DNA of 64,000 nt from Alphaproteobacteria bacterium UBA1218 (lineage in GTDB: Bacteria; Pseudomonadota; Alphaproteobacteria; Rs-D84). The stretch spans positions 10,086-74,085 of the forward strand of contig DBXG01000023.1 in NCBI GenBank assembly GCA_002309215.1, given 5' to 3'. Under the pieces are notes generated by a model. It ran no database searches and had not been told where the DNA came from. It worked only from the letters and a program-made list of their open reading frames with translations. The translations under genes and the position numbers were made by a program. Shown piece after piece: positions 58,215 through 64,000 of the stretch. The number at the start of each line of letters is the position of its first letter. The first letter of the stretch is position 1.

Positions 58215-58288
58215 GTGGTGCCCTAAGCAAGAATCGGACTTGCGACTCGTCCTTACCAAGGACGTGTTTTACCACTAGACTATTAGGG
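58215..58288 (-). tRNA. tRNA-Thr (anticodon GGU), slightly noncanonical
   Basis: Minus-strand cloverleaf. Acceptor GCCCTAA/TTAGGGC, anticodon stem CGTCC/GGACG with loop TTGGTAA, T stem GCAAG/CTTGC, A73 and CCA. Deviations are a C12:A23 mismatch and C55 in the T-loop (TCCGATT). Confidence 0.55.
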
Positions 58289-58324
58289 CAAGTGTGCCTA
58301 TTATAAACCCCAGATTCTGAATAA

Positions 58325-59101
58325 TCAAGCCCTAAACGCATCATGCACAGTATTTTCTATATCTACCTCACTACCATGCTTTCCACGCACAAAATGCGCC
58401 AAGTATTCGATATTGCCAGACCCACCCCTGATTGGCGATTTTGTTAAACCGACACAGCCAAAACCATGTTCCACAAAAGCACTAATAACATTTTGTATTA
58501 CAGATTTATGCACTTCTGCATCACGAATTACACCACGATACCGCGCAGATATTTCTGGTCCACATTCAAACTGGGGTTTAATTAAACAAACAACATCTTG
58601 CAAATTTGGCAAAGTCGCCAATTTATCCAAAATTTTCGTCACAGAAATAAAAGAAACATCAATCGTTGCAATATCAATATTCGCAACCAAAGAATCGTCT
58701 ATACAGCGGAAATCGGTCTGTTCGTGTAAATCTATCTTTGGGTTATCCCGCAAAGATTTGTGCATTTGATCTGTGCCTGTATCAACCGCAACAATATGTT
58801 CAACACCATGCTTTAATGCGACATCACAAAAGCCACCTGTCGAAGAACCAATGTCAACCACTTGTCGACCAGACATATCAATATGAAATTCTTTCAACGC
58901 GTGTTCTAATTTCAATCCACCACGTGAAACATACGGCATAACATCACCACGCACAGATAACAAGTCAACATCTTCAACAATAAAACTTGGCTTTGTAATT
59001 TGCTGTTCGCCATAAAATACGGCACCATCGCGTACTGCTTCTGCTGCACGAGTGCGCGATTCAAACAATCCAGCATTTACCAATGCGACATCAACCCTCA
59101 T
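58325..59101 (-). CDS. tlyA: TlyA-family rRNA 2'-O-methyltransferase (hemolysin A-like)
   Basis: 258 aa. N-terminal S4 domain and FtsJ-like methyltransferase domain (VDIGSSTGGF). Confidence 0.8.
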   Translation of the reverse strand: MRVDVALVNAGLFESRTRAAEAVRDGAVFYGEQQITKPSFIVEDVDLLSVRGDVMPYVSRGGLKLEHALKEFHIDMSGRQVVDIGSSTGGFCDVALKHGVEHIVAVDTGTDQMHKSLRDNPKIDLHEQTDFRCIDDSLVANIDIATIDVSFISVTKILDKLATLPNLQDVVCLIKPQFECGPEISARYRGVIRDAEVHKSVIQNVISAFVEHGFGCVGLTKSPIRGGSGNIEYLAHFVRGKHGSEVDIENTVHDAFRA

Positions 59102-59775
59102 TTTAACAACCTTAATTCTTGCTTGTGTTCATCTGATACACGATATGATTCAAGCGACTTCTGAATTGTACGTTTACGTGTCCAACCATCAAGTTTTTGC
59201 AAATATGGCAATATACGTTCATATTGTTTAGCCAGTCCAGTTGCAAAATACCAAGCCCGCATCATATTTACATAATAATCGTCTGATTTTATATTTACAA
59301 CAATATCAGCATACTTTTCATCAAAATCATCATCCAGCCAATATTGCATTAGAACTTTTATTCCAAAACGTACTGTATAAGTATGTTTTGATTTAATCCA
59401 TTTATAAACATATTTAATTAAATCGTCTTTGTGTTTCTTGAATACCATGGGCGACAACTGGTCGCACGTTGCCCAATTATCAACATATGGCAAAAAACGT
59501 TCCGTTTCACGAATAACAACATCAAAATCACGCAGATACGATAATATAAAAGCATGTAATTGGTTTTCCTCGAAAAGCTTGTGCGGTAAATTACCAATAA
59601 AATCTTTTGCAAGCCCAGATTTAATCATATCTTTGGCCAAGTTTCGCAACAATGGTGTCCGAACCCCAATAAAAGAATCTTTTGGTACATTCGGTATAAG
59701 CCCAGAATTAAAATCTCTGTATACAGTATCCTGCAAAGCATATAAAGAATCTACAACAGATTTAAACACTTTCAT
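59098..59775 (-). CDS. DNA alkylation repair protein (AlkD/AlkC HEAT-like repeat family)
   Basis: 225 aa with helical repeats and the WATCDQL...YWLDDDFDEKY pattern seen in pfam08713-type proteins. Confidence 0.6.
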   Translation of the reverse strand: MKVFKSVVDSLYALQDTVYRDFNSGLIPNVPKDSFIGVRTPLLRNLAKDMIKSGLAKDFIGNLPHKLFEENQLHAFILSYLRDFDVVIRETERFLPYVDNWATCDQLSPMVFKKHKDDLIKYVYKWIKSKHTYTVRFGIKVLMQYWLDDDFDEKYADIVVNIKSDDYYVNMMRAWYFATGLAKQYERILPYLQKLDGWTRKRTIQKSLESYRVSDEHKQELRLLK

Positions 59776-59943
59776 CTTTACTATTCCAAATAAAGTATCA
59801 TCTTAGTTTTTTAGATTATTACATTGAAGTTTTTTCAAGGCAAATAAAAAACACTTTATCGCATATCACTTTTCCAAATAGGATTTTTATGATACAATAA
59901 CAGCAAATCCACTAAACCAAGTTGTTATAAAGAGGAAACAAAA

Positions 59944-60537
59944 ATGATAGTTATATATTTTTTTATATATATCTTGCTAGTATTCTTGTTTATATTTGAT
60001 ATTTTTTTAGCGATAACTTTCATTGAATATAGATATTGTGCAGACATAAGACATCAACCACCCCTGGTATCAAGCGCCAGACATTTAAGGAGAAACACTA
60101 TTGAACAAATTGTAAAGTATTACAACAAATCAAAAAATATCTGTGAAATTGGGTCTGGATTTGGTGGTTTGGCACGTGCAGTAGCAAAACAAACAAAGGC
60201 AAACGTTTATGCACTAGAAAACATGCCTTTTTCTGCATTTATATCAAAAACATGTGATTTATTATCTGGCTGCAAAAACAATCATACAATTTGGTGCGAT
60301 GCATTTGAATATCTGGCCAAAACAAACAAAAAGTTTGATGTTGCAATTGCATATCTTGGTCCAACATCAACAGGTAAAATCCAAAAATACAAAAACAAAG
60401 TCCGAGTGTTGATATCATTGGCTTTTGAAATAAAAGACCTTGAACCAGCACGAGTTATTGATTTAAGCGAATACGGTTTTACCGTGTATAATAAAATAAA
60501 ATATCCGCACAAGTTGTTTATTTATGAATTTAAATAA
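59944..60537 (+). CDS. class I SAM-dependent methyltransferase
   Basis: N-terminal TM, then motif I CEIGSGFGGLARAV. Confidence 0.55.
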   Translation: MIVIYFFIYILLVFLFIFDIFLAITFIEYRYCADIRHQPPLVSSARHLRRNTIEQIVKYYNKSKNICEIGSGFGGLARAVAKQTKANVYALENMPFSAFISKTCDLLSGCKNNHTIWCDAFEYLAKTNKKFDVAIAYLGPTSTGKIQKYKNKVRVLISLAFEIKDLEPARVIDLSEYGFTVYNKIKYPHKLFIYEFK

Positions 60538-60570
60538 TTCTATGGTACAATAAGGTAAAAAGGAAAAACA

Positions 60571-61572
60571 ATGACAATGAAAGTTTTACGCAAAGGTGCA
60601 CATTCAACCGTATTTATAGACGAAAATGAACCAGGAATTGTTATAAAAAAAGCGAACAATCCAGAAAATAGCAGTTATTTAAGTAAGCAACAATATGGAT
60701 ACGATGTAATAAATTCCATAAAAGCCCAAGGTAATGACATTGGTGTTATATTACCAGAACTTGTTGCAATAGATAACGAAGAAAAAACAGTTAAAGAAAA
60801 GATAATATCAGGGGAAACTTTTGATTCTGGCCAAGCAATAAACGAAAAATATTCTAGATTGTCTGCAAAACAAAAAGATTCTATTGCACAACAAATGGCA
60901 AGATTTTTGAACGCCATGCATTCCAGTTCAGAATGCAAACCGGCACAAGAATCCATAATCAATATGCAAAAAAGCGGCCCAGCAAATGCCGATGAAATTA
61001 TCGCTAAATTCGGTGGGTATTTGCCTAAAAACATAACAAACAGATTGAAACAGGCCGAAGCATATTTACACGCATCAGACAAATCTGACGAATTTATTGT
61101 TATGACCCACAAAGACCTAAGAACATCAAATGTAATGTATGATGCAAACATGAATAAACTAGCAGTTATTGATTTTGAGCTAGCAGGATTAGACAATGTA
61201 TATAATGATTTTATCGCTTCCGCACCAGGCAGTTCTATGCCTTGGGATTTTACCAAACGCGTAATTGATTTTTATAACCAAATACCAGACAAGAAATACC
61301 CAATAACGATAAACCCAGAAAAAGTACAAAATATGTTACTTTATGGGGTTATGCACGAATATGCACGCAACATAAGACCTAATGACAATACCCAAGAATA
61401 CCTTGTTCCCCTGGTGACACGTTTAACAAACAAGTTGATGGATATAACTGGAATAGATATTGATAAAAAAGCATCATACAGACAAGCAATCAGAACAACA
61501 CAAGACAAACAACGCCAAAAAAAACTTGAAAACACAAAAAATTATCCTATAATACGAGATGAAAGCCGATAA
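60571..61572 (+). CDS. APH/protein-kinase-like phosphotransferase
   Basis: 333 aa. Kinase N-lobe (VLRKGAHSTVF...IKK), catalytic HKDLRTSNVMYD and metal-binding IDFELAG. Confidence 0.6.
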   Translation: MTMKVLRKGAHSTVFIDENEPGIVIKKANNPENSSYLSKQQYGYDVINSIKAQGNDIGVILPELVAIDNEEKTVKEKIISGETFDSGQAINEKYSRLSAKQKDSIAQQMARFLNAMHSSSECKPAQESIINMQKSGPANADEIIAKFGGYLPKNITNRLKQAEAYLHASDKSDEFIVMTHKDLRTSNVMYDANMNKLAVIDFELAGLDNVYNDFIASAPGSSMPWDFTKRVIDFYNQIPDKKYPITINPEKVQNMLLYGVMHEYARNIRPNDNTQEYLVPLVTRLTNKLMDITGIDIDKKASYRQAIRTTQDKQRQKKLENTKNYPIIRDESR

Positions 61573-61834
61573 TCCACTAACAATGGGGAGGCGGAAGAAG
61601 AACGGTTGCAAAGTGATTTGCACTTACTAGAACTTCCCGGGATTGCCCGTCACAGCAAGAGACTCTTTAATGGTATGGCGAATCCAGCGAGAGTTAAAAA
61701 GGCAACATTGGCGACAGTGTTGCGAAACAAGGTGGCACCACGTTGTGTCATGTATTCTGACAAAAAGATATGCATGATATTTTACGTCCTTGTGTTCTTA
61801 TTAAGATAAATAACGAAACACAAAGGAGGTTAAA
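61573..61834 (+). promoter_or_regulatory. T-box-like leader with SD-sequestering alternative helix upstream of aspS2
   Basis: AAGG-UGGCACC-ACG...CGU-CCUU (61729-61791) has the same A1/bulge/A2 layout as the aspS leader. CCUUGUGUU (61788-61796) is complementary to AACACAAAGG (61817-61826), which overlaps the SD AAAGGAGG. GAC lies in the upstream stem region (GAGACUC, 61659-61665). Confidence 0.45.
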
Positions 61835-63151
61835 ATGTCAATGATAAGAACGCATATCGCCGAAATTCTACAAAAGATTGGCGAAACAATAACAATCAAG
61901 GGTCACGCACAAACAATTCGCGAACAATCAAGTATTGCGTTTATTGTCCTGCGTGAAATAACCGGAACCGTTCAATGTGTCGTTGAAAAGGGTTCTGCTG
62001 CTTTTGATTTGGTAAAAGAAATCACAACAGAATCTGTTATATCTGTGACAGGTAAAGTTGTAGAAACGAAAAGCACAGAATCTGGATTTGAAATTCAGAC
62101 ATCTGAAATAAAAATTATATCCTTGGCAGAGGCAACACCGATACCTGTCACACAAAAAGGCAGCGTAGAAGTGACTCCTGAAAAATCGCAAGATTGGCGT
62201 TTTTTGTCGCTCCGTAGCCAACGTGGCGCAACGATAATGCGTGCATTATCTGCGATGACTGTTGGATATCATGAATACCTGATTAAACAAGGTTTCATTG
62301 AAATTCAAACACCCAAGATTATGGCAACACCATCAGAATCCAAGGCAGAATTATTCAAAATGGAATACTTTGGTCAAACTGCATACTTGGCACAATCACC
62401 ACAATTATTCAAACAAATGGCGATTGCGTCTGGGCTTGAACGCGTGTTTGAGGTTGCCCCTGCTTTTCGTGCAGATAAATCTTTTACTACGCGTCACGCA
62501 ACTGAATTCACATCTTTCGATGCAGAAATGGGATACATTGAAAGTTTTGATGAAGTTATGCACGAACTAGAAAGCGCGATTTCGTATATGCTGACATCCA
62601 TCAAAAAGACATGTGGCAAGGAAATCGAAAAGTATTTTGGTATAACCGAATTCCAGTTGAAAAAGCCGATTCTGCGCATCACAATGGCAGAAGCCAAAGA
62701 AATCTTGCGCGAAATAGGCTGTGCATCTGAAGAGCCAGACATTACAACAGCCGAAGAAAAAGCACTTGGCGATTATGTCAAAGAAAAATATGGTTCTGAT
62801 TTTGTATTCGTGACCGAATGGCCATGGGAATCACGCCCATTCTATCATAAAAAAGCGATAGACAAACACGGACATGAAATATCAGTATCTGCCGACTTAC
62901 TTTACAAAGGCGTCGAAATTGTGACCTGCGCCCAACGCGAAGAATCCTATACAAAACTGTGTGAACAGTTAAAAGGCAAAGGATTACACCAAGAGGGCTT
63001 ACAATGGTATTTGGATTGTTTCCGGTACGGCATGCCACCACATGGTGGTTGGGGCTTTGGTGGTGCAAGATTTATCAAGCAGTTGCTGGAATTGCCAACG
63101 ATCAGAGAATCAACATTCCTGTTCCGCGGACCATCACGCTTGATGCCATAA
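61835..63151 (+). CDS. aspartyl-tRNA synthetase, archaeal/eukaryal type (AspRS2; possibly non-discriminating)
   Basis: 438 aa with no GAD insertion. LAQSPQLFKQM...FRADKSFTTRHATEF closely follows the archaeal AspRS signature (QSPQLYKQ, FRAE..TRHL.EF). Motif 3 is GMPPHGGWGFGGAR. Confidence 0.75.
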   Translation: MSMIRTHIAEILQKIGETITIKGHAQTIREQSSIAFIVLREITGTVQCVVEKGSAAFDLVKEITTESVISVTGKVVETKSTESGFEIQTSEIKIISLAEATPIPVTQKGSVEVTPEKSQDWRFLSLRSQRGATIMRALSAMTVGYHEYLIKQGFIEIQTPKIMATPSESKAELFKMEYFGQTAYLAQSPQLFKQMAIASGLERVFEVAPAFRADKSFTTRHATEFTSFDAEMGYIESFDEVMHELESAISYMLTSIKKTCGKEIEKYFGITEFQLKKPILRITMAEAKEILREIGCASEEPDITTAEEKALGDYVKEKYGSDFVFVTEWPWESRPFYHKKAIDKHGHEISVSADLLYKGVEIVTCAQREESYTKLCEQLKGKGLHQEGLQWYLDCFRYGMPPHGGWGFGGARFIKQLLELPTIRESTFLFRGPSRLMP

Positions 63152-63157
63152 AAACAA

Positions 63158-63192
63158 AAGACGTTCAGGCAAACCCCGAACGTCTTTTTATT
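63158..63192 (+). terminator. rho-independent terminator after aspS2
   Basis: AAGACGTTC-loop-GAACGTCTT followed by TTTT. Confidence 0.7.
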
Positions 63193-63224
63193 CAATAACG
63201 GCAAGAAATATGATATAGTTAGCA

Positions 63225-63767
63225 ATGACACAAAAAGGATTGGACATGCAAGTAGAATTAAAACCATTGCAGTTATCAGATGCTGATACTTTATATGAAT
63301 TTTTTCAGAAACTACCTGCGTCAGAAAACAGCAAAAACAATCGTGCACACGGGTTATCACGTAAAGAGTTTACACAATGGGTTCAAAAAGAAATAGATTA
63401 TTCACAGGGTAAAAATTTACGAGAAGGTTATGTTCCACGTACAACTTTCGTTATGTATGTAGATAATATACCTGTAGGTGTTAGTAATGTAAGACATTAT
63501 CTGAATGAGAAGTTAGAAAAGTATGGCGGGCATATTGGTGTACATATTTTACCAGAATATCGCGGACGTGGTTATGGAAATATAATAATCATGGAAACAT
63601 TACAGAAAGCAAAAGAAATGGGTATTAAACGCATATTGATATTCCATAATGATGATAATGTTCCAGCCTGGCGCGCATCGGAAAGAGTGGGGAGCAAATT
63701 AGATTCCATAAATATAATTGATGGGATAAAAGTGCGAAAATATGTATTTGACGCATCCAAATTGTAA
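63225..63767 (+). CDS. GNAT-family N-acetyltransferase
   Basis: 180 aa. RGRGYGN acetyl-CoA binding motif (motif A). Confidence 0.65.
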   Translation: MTQKGLDMQVELKPLQLSDADTLYEFFQKLPASENSKNNRAHGLSRKEFTQWVQKEIDYSQGKNLREGYVPRTTFVMYVDNIPVGVSNVRHYLNEKLEKYGGHIGVHILPEYRGRGYGNIIIMETLQKAKEMGIKRILIFHNDDNVPAWRASERVGSKLDSINIIDGIKVRKYVFDASKL

Positions 63768-63784
63768 AAACCTGTTTTCTAGTT

Positions 63785-63994
63785 TTATTTTTTGCCTTTA
63801 TACAATTTTTCATAAATCTTTGTTTTTGGCAATTCACGAAAAGTCAAATACCAAGATTGCACGTGTTTATTTTTATTGGCTGATTCAATTCGTTTTTGCA
63901 TATCTGACACAGTCTGGGGCACAGGCTCGATTACTGGTAATCCAGGTTCCCAATCAGCAGGCGTTGATACACCAAACGCATCATTTGTTTGCAA
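63785..63994 (-). CDS. hypothetical protein, possibly truncated by the window edge
   Basis: 69-aa ORF running to the window end on the minus strand. Not recognised. Confidence 0.25.
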   Translation of the reverse strand: MQTNDAFGVSTPADWEPGLPVIEPVPQTVSDMQKRIESANKNKHVQSWYLTFRELPKTKIYEKLYKGKK

Positions 63995-64000
63995 AGCAAC

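Overview
This is a 64 kb window from an AT-rich (about 33% GC) Gram-negative genome, probably proteobacterial and host-associated. Most of it is core housekeeping sequence in dense short operons: secF-secD-yajC-mutL-greA, xerD, trxB, serS, typA, recA, ruvC, mltA, secB, yebC, ruvA, mnmE, xth, addB-like, engB, rsmI, lolCD, ftsQ/ftsA, tsaE, uvrB, aspS and tlyA. Three regions are not ordinary. (1) A tRNA locus (tRNA-Gly, a tRNA-Tyr-like gene and a decayed tandem copy) is followed by a 4 kb accessory block (SemiSWEET, flavodoxin, hydrolase, kinase, GT8 glycosyltransferase). Next comes a cassette of two paralogous secreted glycine-zipper / Cys-rich proteins. The cassette is bracketed by GC-rich mosaic palindromic repeats, with a DUF559 endonuclease beside it. 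(2) Two different aspartyl-tRNA synthetase genes, one bacterial-type and one archaeal/eukaryal-type, are each preceded by a long leader. Both leaders carry a T-box antiterminator-like core (AGGG/AAGG - UGGCACC bulge - helix). The second also has an obvious SD-sequestering alternative helix. (3) An apparent in-frame ftsA-rpe fusion, a 4-gene glycosyltransferase island between typA and recA, and tandem duplicated acyl-CoA synthetases. No rRNA, CRISPR array, integrase or transposase was seen. All calls were made by eye from the sequence and the ORF translations; no database search was possible.
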